A stretch of 63,315 bases of DNA, filler included, from Intoshia linei (lineage: Eukaryota > Animalia > Orthonectida): assembly GCA_001642005.1 (NCBI GenBank). It is 6 parts of 6 records of this genome, joined end to end, with 100 filler letters (N's around TTAATTAATTAA, not from the genome) between each part and the next. Parts side by side here need not be neighbours in the genome. Positions count along the whole stretch, not along the records: positions 23,157 to 49,690 come from LWCA01000466.1; positions 49,791 to 53,854 come from LWCA01001991.1; positions 53,955 to 55,154 come from LWCA01002721.1; positions 55,255 to 63,315 come from LWCA01001490.1; 2 more parts are not named here. One strand, given 5' to 3'. The position numbers and the translations under genes were made by a program. Under the pieces are notes generated by a model. The model was not told the origin of the DNA. It saw only the letters and a program-made list of their open reading frames with translations, and made no database searches. Each line of letters starts with the position of its first letter. Within the stretch, counting starts at the first letter, position 1. This document shows, in pieces, positions 45,801 through 58,354 of this stretch.

Positions 45801-48282
45801 CAACCCTTAAGAAAAAAATCCCTATATCAGATCTTAAAAGAAAAAATCTAATTTTACCAAACTTTTAGATAAAAAATCCCTCTATCAGATCCAAAAATAA
45901 AAAACCCAATTTTACCAACCCTTAAGGAAATTTCATTTTAGCGGAAAAATTCCATTTTAACTGAATTTTGAATTATTTATTTTTTCTTAAAAAATTTGTA
46001 TGAACTAAAAATTCCGTTAATAAAAGTTGTATATAAAAATTGTATCTAAAGCTCTAGAATCTATTTTTTAAACTATCATAAATATAAACTAATTTTTTTA
46101 CTAATTAAAAGTCAATTTATCACATTTTTTTATCATATTTTTAAAAGACATTAAATTAGATAGCGTAAATTAGAAATATCATTTTTAACTTTATTTTATT
46201 TCTGTAAATAATTTAAAATTGATAAAATTTTTCATGGACCCCAAAAAGCTGCTGGGGACCCCAGGAGTCCAAATTGACCGTTGATAATGTTTGGTGTATA
46301 TTAATTAGTCATATATTATTCAAAAACTCATAATAACAAGAAATATGACCATTAAATGGTTTTTATTTAAAAAAATTAAATTCCGTTAACAAGGGTTATA
46401 CTATGGGTATATTCCATATTAACGGAATTACGGAATTTTCAATTCTTAACTGTTAATAAATACTTAGACTGTACTAAAATTTCATTAACTTAACGAATTA
46501 ATTAAATCTAAAGTTGAACATTTTTTAAAACCAATATTAATATATAACCTTCATTATAATTTTTTACATCATATAATTCAATAAAAAAATAATCATCTTT
46601 TTCATAAGTCTCGTTATCAATTATATTTATTTTGATGGTTTTTCTAAAATTTTTTGAATAATATTAAAATAAAAAAACGTAATTTCATTATCATCAAAAA
46701 TGATTTCGTCAGTCACATCGTCATAGTCTTTTCCTTGTCCTCTACTTGTGCCCTCAATAGTTTTATATTTCACTCCGACCTTTCCTCTGGCACCATGAAA
46801 ACGTTTTACGATAATTTTGACAATAGGTTTTGATTCAAAAATTTTCATTTCATCAGATTCAAATTCAAAAACACCACCATGATCATCATCCAAAATATCA
46901 ATTGTCGCAATATCTAATCCTTTTTGTATAATAAAATCATTATTTTGCTGCAATATGTTGTTACATTTAATACGGGGATTAAATAATTTTGTGTAAAAAT
47001 TTTCGTCGATTTCAAAAATATCGTCATCTACAATAGATATATTAATAGTCTTTATTTTTTCGCCTTTTTCAAAACTAAATGTTAATATATTAAAGGTATA
47101 AAGTAATAATATACATAATTTCACCCTCTGTATCAATGTAATCATCACCGCCTTTTGCTGTGCCATCTACAGTTTTAAATTCAACGTACACTTTTCTATC
47201 GAGGTCTCCTCCAGACCTACAAACATTTAGTGTAACGAACCCAGCATTTTCCAAAATGGAATATTGTGTAGGACAAAAAAAAATTTGTTGGATTTTTGAC
47301 AATAAAATACTCTCTTCATTTTTTAATGTTTGCCTTTTTTCCAATTCTAAAATTTTAGAATGTGAAGGCATTTTGTCCTTTTTTAAGATTTCTCCACCAG
47401 CAGTCAATTTTCTTGTAGCTTGAATTCTATAGAATGCACGCGATTTAGGTCCGCCTTTCATTACCACCAACTCTGCTTCGCTTTCCAATTCTTCATTTGA
47501 TATATTTGGGTTTTCAACTTTGATTTTTTTAATTATTTTAATATATTGTTGGTATATTGAACTATACTCACCTTGAGAACATTCCATACCACTTTGAGTG
47601 TTTTTTGAAACTTGACAAGATTTTCTTGATTCTATTCTCGGTACAGAAGAATTCGATTCATCTATAGATTTTAATTCATCTTCAACTGGATGCGATGATT
47701 TTTGTTCAGCTCCAATAACAATTAAATTGGTGTTGCGTCTGGCCGGAATATAGGTCCGTTTTATCATTTTGGTACAAATATTAACATCGACCATGTAAGC
47801 TGTAATAACAGTTATCGGAAAGAACATTAATGTTAGGAGAGCTTCCCAAATTTCAATTACTTTGGGAGATATCACTGATATTATTATATACATCCAAAGA
47901 TATGCAAATATGCTCCAGATGGCTGTAAGAATGAATACATTTACATGTTTTAATCTTTTTATTTTATTTTTTGGTATCACCATTACACAGTATCCAATAA
48001 TAAAAAACATGTTAAAAGCAGCTGACCCTACAATTGTGGCAGGACCTATATCACCTAGTTCAAAATTATTTCCAATCGTTTCGATAATTGATAAAAGTAT
48101 TTCAGGCGCAGAAGAACCTAATGCCATCAATGTCAAATTTGATACTGTTTCTAACAATTATATATCAAAATTTATAAAGTCATTAAAATTATATTATTAC
48201 CGTTCCATATTCTAACTTTTATGAATTTTTCTTGTCCTGTTTTAGATAAAACTTTAACCATTCTTTCTTTCGATGTTATAAC
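42851..48282 (-). CDS. SLC8A: Sodium/calcium exchanger (NCX/SLC8 family), 5' exons missing
   Basis: [25 protein letters not shown] (alpha-1), GPKSRAFYRIQATRKLT, two Calx-beta domains, VALGTSLPD and GNVTGSNAVNVFLGIG (alpha-2), ends YCYIPGF*. Confidence 0.95.
43618..44006. mobile_element. hAT MITE in NCX intron
   Basis: CAGTGGTTACCGATT / AATCGGGAACCACTT; TSD ATTTAAAT / ATTTAAAA; a related right end lies at 51972. Confidence 0.7.
45646..46471. mobile_element. TA-flanked element (CAGTCTAAGT TIR) containing a hAT-like MITE, in NCX intron
   Basis: TA|CAGTCTAAGT ... ACTTAGACTG|TA; internal TAGTGCTTCTCATGGGGG start and TTACCAAC-type minisatellite. Confidence 0.5.
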
Positions 48283-48673
48283 CTAAAAAATATTAAATTA
48301 TTAAATAATTATAATTATAATATTGATTTCAAAATTTTGTAATTTCCTCAGACTAAATTTTTTAATTTATGTTATAAAGAAAAAAAAAGGTTTTATATTT
48401 CATTTTTCATGTAAAAATTTAAGAAAACCAAAAATTTGCTACAAAAACCGTTAGAAAGTTTCAAAAAATTAGAAAAAGTATTAAAAAAGATGAAATTCTA
48501 TGGTTAAAAACAGTTGACAGAATGTGATAGTAAAAAAATAATGGTATGAACAAGCTTTTTATTACTTTTTTAATAAAGTTGAAATAATCATAAAAATTAA
48601 TTTTAATATATAAAAAATAACAAAAACAGCTTATTTATTATATACTTTATTTTGCGCACTGTATAATTATATA

Positions 48674-49690
48674 TCCTTTACTTATATAAAAGTGAATGTT
48701 TGTATGTGTTTGTGTCTGTGTGTACGTTAACGTTTATTTAAAAATTGACAGTTCTAGAATTTAAAAAACACAGTTTCTAATAAATTTTTTCCTAGGGAGT
48801 TTTTACATCTATTTTCCAGTTCAAAATTTGAGTTATTATGGGTCAAAACCCAAATTTTCCTTTTGTTTAAAAATAAAACATGTTCTAAAATGTTATAAAA
48901 CATAAATTCTAGGATAATTTTTAAAATCATAAGCATTATTATAAATTTCAACATTAAAAAAGATCATTTTCACGATCAAAACCTCAGATTACCTTTTTTT
49001 AAAAAAGAAAACAACCCTAGAATTTAAAACAAAACTACAGAGGTACAGTTATATCTTATTAACACACACAAAAAATTGCATTCTGACCAAGTGACATCTT
49101 CACGGTAAAAAAAGCACGTCAGTATTCATTTTTTTTATTTCAAAAATATTTTATTAAAACAATAAATTTTAAATAATTAACTATCCTACAATTAAAAAAA
49201 AAGAAAAGATAATTCTGATACAGCTTATTCCATTTGATATAAATATAAAATTTCAACTCACAAATCAACTAATTCCCACTGAAAAATAATTTTTAATATA
49301 TCTATCCTAACTTTGGCGATTTTTGTTTGTGTGTGTGTGTCATACTTTATTTAAATAACTACCCGTTTCAGAATTTTATAAAGTCCACATTTCAATTACA
49401 ATTTTTTCTGGGGTGTTCGCAAACTTAATTTCAATCTCCAAATTTCACCTCTTACGGGTCCAAAATCCCGTTGTCCTTTTTTAAAAATCAAACGAGTTGG
49501 AGAATTAAAAAAAATATATACGCTGATACGGATTTTAAAAACATAAACATTACCATAAATTCAAATTTAAAAAAATTATATCTTCAGGCCCAAAATCCCA
49601 AATTACCATTCTTTTTTTAATGAAAACAGCCCTATTATTTAAAAAAATTACAGATGGTACAGTTGTGGCCTGTTAACACACACAAAAAAT
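48674..49690 (+). mobile_element. Helitron-family sequence (two tandem 5' blocks) running into contig end
   Basis: A|TCCTTTACTTATATAAAAGTGAATG start; second block from about 49320 matches 36175 and 58980. Confidence 0.7.
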
Positions 49691-49790
49691 NNNNNNNNNN
49701 NNNNNNNNNNNNNNNNNNNNNNNNNNNNNNNNNNTTAATTAATTAANNNNNNNNNNNNNNNNNNNNNNNNNNNNNNNNNNNNNNNNNNNN
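49691..49790. other. Artificial contig spacer
   Basis: 44 N + TTAATTAATTAA + 44 N. Confidence 0.95.
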
Positions 49791-50579
49791 AAAGAAGATA
49801 ATTCCCTTAAGCGTTAGTAATTTGTGGTTGGAATAAGAGGTTTTTAAGAAAAGCATTAAAAAAGGATATTTTTCCATTAAGGGCTGGAAAATTAGATTTT
49901 TCATTTTTGGTTTGATGAAGTGGATTTTTGAAAAGAATATCGGTGTACGTCAATTTTTCCATGAGGACTTGAAATGGTATTTTTGATTAAATGTTATTAG
50001 TGGTGGGATTTTTAAAATGGTAAAGTTTAAATATTATAATTTATTATATAATCATATTTTCATAGTAATAACAAACATATATAAAATACAGGTATGTCTT
50101 AATTTTTTTCGGGAAATCACTAATACTAATACAATGTATTGTATGTATACTTATTATTATAATTAGTTATAACATTATAACGATACTTTTTCAATCTTTA
50201 ATAATTTCAATTGATTCTTCGACATCTAAATTATAAAATAAATTGAATAGTACAAAAATAACAAATTCTGTAACGAAGTGACCATAGTAAAAAATCTTCA
50301 GAATTCAAAATTCATAATCTGATTTTGAAATTATGGATACTCCACCATCTAATAATCTATCTAACAATGAAAAAAATATAGATTTGGCTTTAAAAAACGT
50401 TGAAACATTGTTTGTCTTGTCTAGTAAAATTGATATGGAGTCAGAGTTGGATTTTTTAGAAAAATACAAACAAGACAAAAAGTCTAAATATTTGTAGATT
50501 AAATTTACTTTTAAAAATTTCTCATCATAGTCGTTTAATTAAATTATATCACCATCATTTAATATATAATAGTAAACTA

Positions 50580-50751
50580 CAGGGGTGTCAGACTCAATTT
50601 GCTGGTCAGGCCTAATGTGACACAAAAAAATATCTTCTCTCAAATCATTATTACAGTTTTAATTAATTAATAATATGAATTAATAGAATATGTAAATAAA
50701 GACATGGGTTAAAAATTTTGTTATAATGCGGGCCGGATAATTGTAACCCTG
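50580..50751. mobile_element. Short hAT MITE (172 bp)
   Basis: CAGGGGTGTCA ... TTGTAACCCTG with TSD GTAAACTA / GTATACTA. Confidence 0.6.
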
Positions 50752-52557
50752 GTATACTACAGTATAATTATAAAATTATAGATTTTTAATTTTTTTAAAT
50801 AATGAATAAGTTAAAAACACGGCAATATTCTGTTTCGTAAACATTATTTTAATAAATTGCGGTCCTTTTCATATGTTATGTATAAACTGTGACCTTTTCG
50901 TATTTTTAAGAAATAAACAGTTTTTTGAAAAATAAAATTAATAAATCATAGATTACTTTATTTTATACACAATATTCTATATCAATTCAATGTGAAGTTT
51001 TTATATTATCTATAAATATAAAATTAAATTTAGTATTTGCTATATGTATTAACAAGTGTTTTCAAAGTCAAATTTCCACTGTATTTTGTTTTTCTATTAT
51101 TCTCCTGTTTTGTACCTCCCATGTTTTCGAAATACCAAGAATGGCGGTGACGGAGAGATTAATGTATGTACAATTTAATAATTTGTAAAAATATACACAT
51201 GGAAATGACCACCCTCGGTAGTGATAATTATTACTAAAATAAACAAAAATTACTTTTTATTTGAATCTGGATAAATGATTTATCATATATCAACAATTTT
51301 GTATTTATTTTGATGTTGCTATAACCTTTCCTAAATTATAAATACCAATAATTGTAAAAATATTACAACATACTTTTGAATTAATACATGACTTGTTGCA
51401 TGAATTAGGATGTCAACTTGACACCTATCAAAGAATCAAGAACGGTTAGCGCGCAGGTGATGTTCTTTAGTGAAAGATGTCTATTCGAGTTAAATTCAAC
51501 GAAAATTAATTAAAATTGAATACATATTATTTTTATTAGTATAATCGTGTTTTTCTAAAAAATTTTGGAAAAGAGGACATTTCTCTTAATCGTTGATAAT
51601 ATTGTAGTTTCATTTTGGGGTTGGAATAAAAGGTGATTTTCAAAATAATATTGGAAAAAGGGTATTTTTCCCTTAAGGGTTGGTAATTTGGATTTTTCAA
51701 AAAAATATCAGTAAAAGTTAATTTTTCTTTAAGCTTGAAATGGTATTTTTTATTAAATTTTATTAATGGTGGGATAAAAGTGGGATTTTTAAAATAATAA
51801 TGTGGCTGTCGTCTAGGATTTGAAATAATCAACATATAGAAACTCTGTAATATATATTAAATTTCTCTCATAAAAATAAACGAAAGTTGATTGAAATAAC
51901 AAAAATTTTTCTATATTTTATTTAAATATCAAGGGCCCAGGCATATAATTTTAGACCCAATCGGGAACCACTGTTTTAATGTATACTATACATAATTTAT
52001 AAAAAATTCCGTTTAACGAGAATGTTTTTCCAAAAAAAAATTTTTTTTCAGGACCAATTATTCCGTTAACGAGGAATTAGCCAGTACTATAAATTTTATC
52101 ATTTATAGATTTTATAATAATTACACTGTTGGTACTAACTGTCCATCAAATTCTAAAATTTTACAAATAAATGAGACCCTAATGCCCATGATTTTCAGTG
52201 ATTCATTGAGACCACATGCCTCACGTTGACAAAACATTGTATATAAATTGGGAATGTTCAAATTAAATGAGATTAATTTTCTAAATTTTTCATTAATTTC
52301 TCAAGTCAGACTCCAACGCGGAGAAGATTGAAATTTCAATTGTTTAGCTCAGATGTGAGTACTATTTTGGTTCTGTAGTCTCCAAAAAAATTTATTTATA
52401 ATTAATAATGCACCGACGTTGCTATTAACAACATAAAAAGTTACCATCCGAATACAATGATATATGCGGTTTAATTACTGAAAAAAATATACTCAAAGAA
52501 ATCCAAATCCGAATTATATTATCAACCAATTTGAGTTGATTCAAATAAAATCAATGA

Positions 52558-52760
52558 ATGCTGAAAAAGTTTATAGAAAAGACTAATTTCATTAAATTTA
52601 TAATTTACGACGTTACTATCAAAAAATTAAAGCAGTTTATGTCTTTGAAACGAAAAACAAGTTCAACAGTAGAAATAAAACCAATAATAGATAAAAGAAT
52701 TAAGCGTAAAGTGGCAATGCTATTAATGTACAATGGAGCCAACTATAAAGGAATGCAAAT
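52558..52760 (+). CDS. PUS1: tRNA pseudouridine synthase A (PUS1-like), first exon only
   Basis: KRIKRKVAMLLMYNGANYKGMQ resembles the PUS1/TruA motif (KRK..LL..Y.G..Y.GMQ), followed by a GT donor at 52761; remainder absent before the spacer. Confidence 0.7.
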
Positions 52761-53854
52761 GTATTTTATATTCTATATCACAAATTAATAATTAGCGAGA
52801 AGGTTTCATTACACCTTTGCTCTACGTGGCCTGTTTGGGTCTTTCACCACAATTAACATGTACACTAGGGTGTCACATCAAATATTTTTTTTAAGAAATT
52901 CAAAAATATACCAATTAGATTAGATGTAATTTGAAAAAAAATGACAATCCGATGACTAATTCTGAAAAAATACTCATTAATGACTCAGCATTGATCAATT
53001 AAATAATTAACAAAAAATAGCTAAATTTAAGTTTATTTTCATGTTTTTCTTAATTTTTTTTTACAAAAACTTAAATTCATGATTCGTTTGTGTTGATAAT
53101 TTAATAATGTTTGTATATTTTAATAAATAATATTAAGCTGCGTCATGCACCATTGACATATGAAAAAAAAAATTTTCAAATTATAGCTATATTTATCATT
53201 TTGTTTTGGTGTTTGTGGTGGGTTAAATGTAGAAATTTGTCTATCATTTCCAAAATTTTAGTCTACTTTTATAAGAGACTTAAGATTGTCATAATCCAAC
53301 CAAAATTTTATATATCCTCAATGCAATATATCAACAAAATAAAAAATTTTATAAATATTAACCCAAAATATATTATAAACGGGAATGTAACTAATCCAAG
53401 CATTTATATGATAATGTATTAAAAATCATCACTGTATTTTGAATTTCTTTTGTGTACAATTTAATACTTCATTGGTTAATTCTTTATTTTCGTAATATTG
53501 TGATATTCATGATAAAATTTATTCCCATAATATTTAGTTTATCAGAAGTGCCAAATGTATTTTTGAAAACATTTCCTATGATAATTTTCATAACATTATA
53601 TTATTTTTTGATTAAAATGACGTTTAATAAATTGTACAAATCCATAATGATAATGCTACATAATGGTGCAACGGTAAATAAAATCGAAAATGGTATATTG
53701 TCAAAACTAAACTTACATACAAATTTATAATTTATTTTGTATAATTTATTAATATGATGAAATTTATTATGGAGTAGGCTTAAATACGACAATTTATGCT
53801 GATTAATAAATAATATTAATACGCATTAACGTTTTGCACTAAGTTACACATAAT

Positions 53855-53954
53855 NNNNNNNNNNNNNNNNNNNNNNNNNNNNNNNNNNNNNNNNNNNNTT
53901 AATTAATTAANNNNNNNNNNNNNNNNNNNNNNNNNNNNNNNNNNNNNNNNNNNN
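53855..53954. other. Artificial contig spacer
   Basis: 44 N + TTAATTAATTAA + 44 N. Confidence 0.95.
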
Positions 53955-54474
53955 ATCATATAATATTACATTCTGAGGTGTTTCTAATGTTCCGATTATA
54001 GTATTAATGTACTTATATCCATTCAAATCAGTTTCGTCCATAATGATAAATATTAATTTATTAATATAAAAATTTTTGATTCTCTCCATTTCATTCAAAT
54101 AAAAATCATCAATTTTATAAAATTTTTATTTCTGCAATTGCTTTCAGATGGCAAAATTATTTCCTTTTTTTTAAATATTGTTCTTAACTCGACGTTATTT
54201 AACTTTTTAGAGGTATTCCGCAGATAGAATTGCTTCCGCCATTTCTGTTGCAAATTCATTCAATGTTTTAATTGAACTTCCAATACTGACAATATGCATA
54301 AAACTCTTGTTTTGCTAATTTGCGGTGTAATTAAACAAAATTTAATTCTGTTAAAGTAACATTGCAACAACATTTCATACAAAATAAATTGTCGTCATTC
54401 TTAGTAAATTCACTAAGATAAAGTTTTGTAATATTGTAAATTTTTTTATATTTAAATTTCGCATATTTTGGCAT
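53955..54474 (-). pseudogene. Degenerate CGGBP1-like hAT transposase, N-terminal half
   Basis: MPK start, EFTKNDDNLFCMKC BED-like finger, GIPLKKLNN, LPSES, IFIIMDETDLNG, spread over frameshifts and stops. Confidence 0.55.
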
Positions 54475-55154
54475 GCTTAAAAAAACATTAATCATATAAA
54501 AGTATTGCTAAATTACCTATATTGTGAATAGAAATAAGTTAAATATAAATAAAAACTGCTTTTAAGGAGTGATATAAAAATTAATAATAAGTTTATTTAA
54601 TACAATCATGCATAAAATAAAAGTACAAAACAAAACGAAATATATAAAACAAAATTCATGTTTGAAAATATTATTTTAACTTTATTAACGCTATTAACTT
54701 AATCAAATTTTAATTAGCCAATTAATACACGTAAAATTATTATCATTGTGATTGTAATTTGATGCGTATGAACATATCAAAATTTGCTCTAGTTAAAAAA
54801 TAATCGCACTAGTCATTATTAATATTTACATATTTTTTTATGTCTTCCACTCTAATGTATCAACAAATCGGTTTTTAATGGAACTTTTTTCTGTTGTCCA
54901 ATTATTATTAATTATTTACCGAAAAATTAATGATTAATGTTTTTTCAAAAAAATATTAGTAAAATAATATTTTTCAAATTTTTTTAAAATCAGAGTAATG
55001 ATTAAATCATAACAATAAACTTACTACAACATATAATAACCTTAGTAACAAATCAAGAGAATATCAATTATATTGTAACCTGTAATTAATATTAAACTTC
55101 AAACAAAGACCTTGGTCTACGACCTCACTACATATTAATTACTCTCAAATTACA

Positions 55155-55254
55155 NNNNNNNNNNNNNNNNNNNNNNNNNNNNNNNNNNNNNNNNNNNNTT
55201 AATTAATTAANNNNNNNNNNNNNNNNNNNNNNNNNNNNNNNNNNNNNNNNNNNN
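55155..55254. other. Artificial contig spacer
   Basis: 44 N + TTAATTAATTAA + 44 N. Confidence 0.95.
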
Positions 55255-55359
55255 ATTCATACCACAAGAGTTACATCATTTTGTTCACCCTGAAATTATC
55301 TATAATACGATTATAATTTTATCCAGATCAAAAAAAACGTCAATTTTGTCGGACAGTGA

Positions 55360-56246
55360 TATTGAAAACAAATTTTTTAATAAAGAAATTTATTTTTCCT
55401 TCTCAATGAGAAATTCGGGCCTGATATTTTTTACAGAGGTTTTTAATTCTTGGACGTATTTTTAAGGGACATACACGAAGTTCTTCTTCTACCGACAGCA
55501 GCTTTGCCCGTTTCTTATGCTTAATTGCTGTCAATGCAAAAAATCCCAATTCACAAAAGTAGGATGTTGAAAATTGCATTAGAATTTTTAAGGCTTTATC
55601 TGCAATTATGGGATATTCCTTTTCAACTAATAACCAAAATTCATAAAGATTTAAGTTACCATATTTCAATTTTAAATGTCTGTCACTTGAAATACTAGAA
55701 AGTTTTCATTTCAATTTTCTTACAACTTTCTAATTAAAAAAATCTTATATCTTAAATCTTATAAGTAACATTCTAAATTTTTTCAAGTCCTTTTTTTGAA
55801 GAGTTAATAACGCTCTTTGCCAAGATCCCCATCTCTCCACAGGGAGTAAGAAACACACGGAATTTAGCCGGTAAAACCAGTTGCCTCCCTCACACTACGA
55901 AGAAGAATCCAGGCCCGTGAGAGATAACGTTTTAGTTAAATATCATTATATAGAGGTAAGTAACTTATTTAAATCATTTCAAGAGAGTTGGGCCATTAAA
56001 ACCCACTTTTTCTACAATATTTCTCATAAAGATAATCTGAATTATTATTACTTTTTAACATCATTTTTCAGGTTCCCATACTCACAACGTATACTTTTAT
56101 TAAAACTTATTTGATTTAAATTTGAAAAATGATGTTGTTTTATTGCATACAACAGTAATTTAGAAAAACTTTAAATTAAAAAATATTACATTTATATTTC
56201 ACGAAACCCCAATTAAATTTCGCGGAACACGGGTTGAGAACCACTG
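55360..56246 (-). mobile_element. Deleted hAT Buster/Charlie element with transposase C-terminus
   Basis: 5' TIR CAGTGGTTCTCAACC at 56246 (minus); ORF 55403-55669 EFWLLVEKEYPIIADKALKILMQFSTSYFCELGF...RPRIKNLC..QARISH*. Confidence 0.85.
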
Positions 56247-56696
56247 GTATGAGCAGTAATTTGTTCAAAATTTATATTGGTACCGCCTTATTATGGTTTG
56301 TATACAAACCAATGTAATTTTATGACTGTAGTTTTTGGCATCTATACATACAATTGTCTCGTAAGAATTAAATCAAATTTTGAAATTGATTGTTTACATT
56401 GTAAATTTTACATGTCACATTCCATTTAGATAATTAACCGTCTATTTTTGCATATTAAATAAAACTTTTCTATCTGTATCTCTTTTAAATAAAATAAATG
56501 TATATTTATAATTAGATTAAACTAAATGCAAAGATATAAAAATTAAATTTTTTGGTTGGTTTTATCAATAATTGAACAAAAAAATTGAAATCCATGTTAC
56601 TCAGATCAGAATATCCATAATTTATCGAAATCCGTGTTACTCAGATCTAAGAAATAAATATTAAAATTAAATAAATTTAATTGAAAATAAATTAGT

Positions 56697-58309
56697 TTTA
56701 TTGGAGGAATATACGGACGAATAGTGGGACGTTTGTTGATTACAATTATCGGGAAAATTCCGGACCGCATTTGCGAAACACTGTGCTAGTGTAATAAAAA
56801 ATATGATTTTATTGTATGTAGTCGTCATTTGGATTTATACTGTATTCAAGATATTATGACAAAACCAGTAGGTAACAAATTTTTTAAATATTATTGTAGT
56901 TATGTTTTATCAAATTGAATCATTTTATGATATTGCTACTAAATTGTTAAATACATACCATTCGTCTTATTCACTCGTTGGTGATCATGATAAAATAAAA
57001 AATGTATGCCGTGAATTAGTTTACGGGTAAATATTGATATTATTTAATATAAATTGCAAGTATGCTATAAATGTGTCAATTTAAGTTAAAACTTAATATA
57101 GTACAGGTGGCAGCTCTGAAAAAATCTGGTCAAAACCTTTAACTTTGTTAATAATAAAAATAATCGACGGGGTGTGTTAAATTTTTTTTAAATGTTGTTT
57201 TGGGGAACTCGCCATATTTCTAACTAAACAGTTAATTAAATATTTTGGCACTCGTATCAATTTTTTTGGACTGGTCTAATATATTATTCATTTTAAAAAT
57301 TAATTTAATAAATTATTATGAATAGAAAGAAAAACATAAATATTAGTTAATTTATATTTAATTAAAAATGAAATTTTGTCTGTATTGACTCATGAATCAA
57401 TCATAAACCAAACTTTTATAAAAGATAAAGTGGTTAAACCCATCATTCTCCACGAAGAAGTAATTACGTTCATATTATTATATATATCCTTACTCATAAT
57501 ATGCGATGCATTATTTGTTTGTGTGTGTTCTACTTTATTTCATTAACTACGAGTCTTAGAATTTTATAAAGTCTACATTTCAATAGGAATTAACTTGTAA
57601 TATTAACTATAATATTTAGATATTTAATTATGACAACAACGAAGCCATAAATAAAGAAAAAATACGAAAATATTTGGATGAAAAATACAAACATTTTTAT
57701 TTAGATTTAGTTATATTAATTACATATTTAATTTTATTGTATATTTAAAAATCCGTGCCATTTTAAACAATTTTTTAGAGACATCATGTTTAACGGATTT
57801 TATTTATTTATCAAAACATAAAAGAAAATGTATTATCATGTACTAAGTACATTGTACTACCATTTCAAAACGTCTACATTTTTTTAAAAATATCGGGCTG
57901 AATTTCAAAAAATTAAAGAAACATTTAAAAAAATGAAATCCCATATTACGAAAATGATGTTGAAACGTCACATTTAATCTATTTAATGGAATCTATTTGT
58001 ACCATTGGGAGCCATTGTCATTTCTAGAAAAATATGAAATAAATTCAAATTTACATCGTATATCTCAAAAAATGGCTAAATTAATCATATTAATAAATAA
58101 TTAATTAATAATTTTAGCAACCAATAGTGTATAAAAGTAAATTGGTTCTCGATAAAGAGCATTCATTACGACGGTGCAATATGATAATTAACTCAATGGC
58201 ATTAAGTAGTGTTTGTATTGTTGATGAAATTGGTCGAATTGTAGGAATTATAACTCGTAAAGATGTTCTGTATAAAAACATGAAAGAAAAATTAAAAAAT
58301 ATAAATTAG
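56697..58309 (+). CDS. CLC-type chloride channel/antiporter (CLC-6/7-like) 3' part with CBS domains; atypical, possibly a pseudogene
   Basis: FIGGIYGRIVGRLL (helix N-like), IQDIMTKPVVMFYQIESFYDIATKLLNTYHSSYSLV (CBS1), HFYLDL|QPIV...VCIVDEIGRIVGIITRKDVL (CBS2). Confidence 0.65.
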
Positions 58310-58354
58310 TCATAAATTTTAATTTATTATACATAAATTATTACACTATATTCT

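Noticed and set aside
50180-52480. Scattered exon-like segments upstream of PUS1, considered as the missing NCX 5' exons
   Set aside because: No NCX TM1 motif or coherent gene model, and they lie across an artificial spacer.
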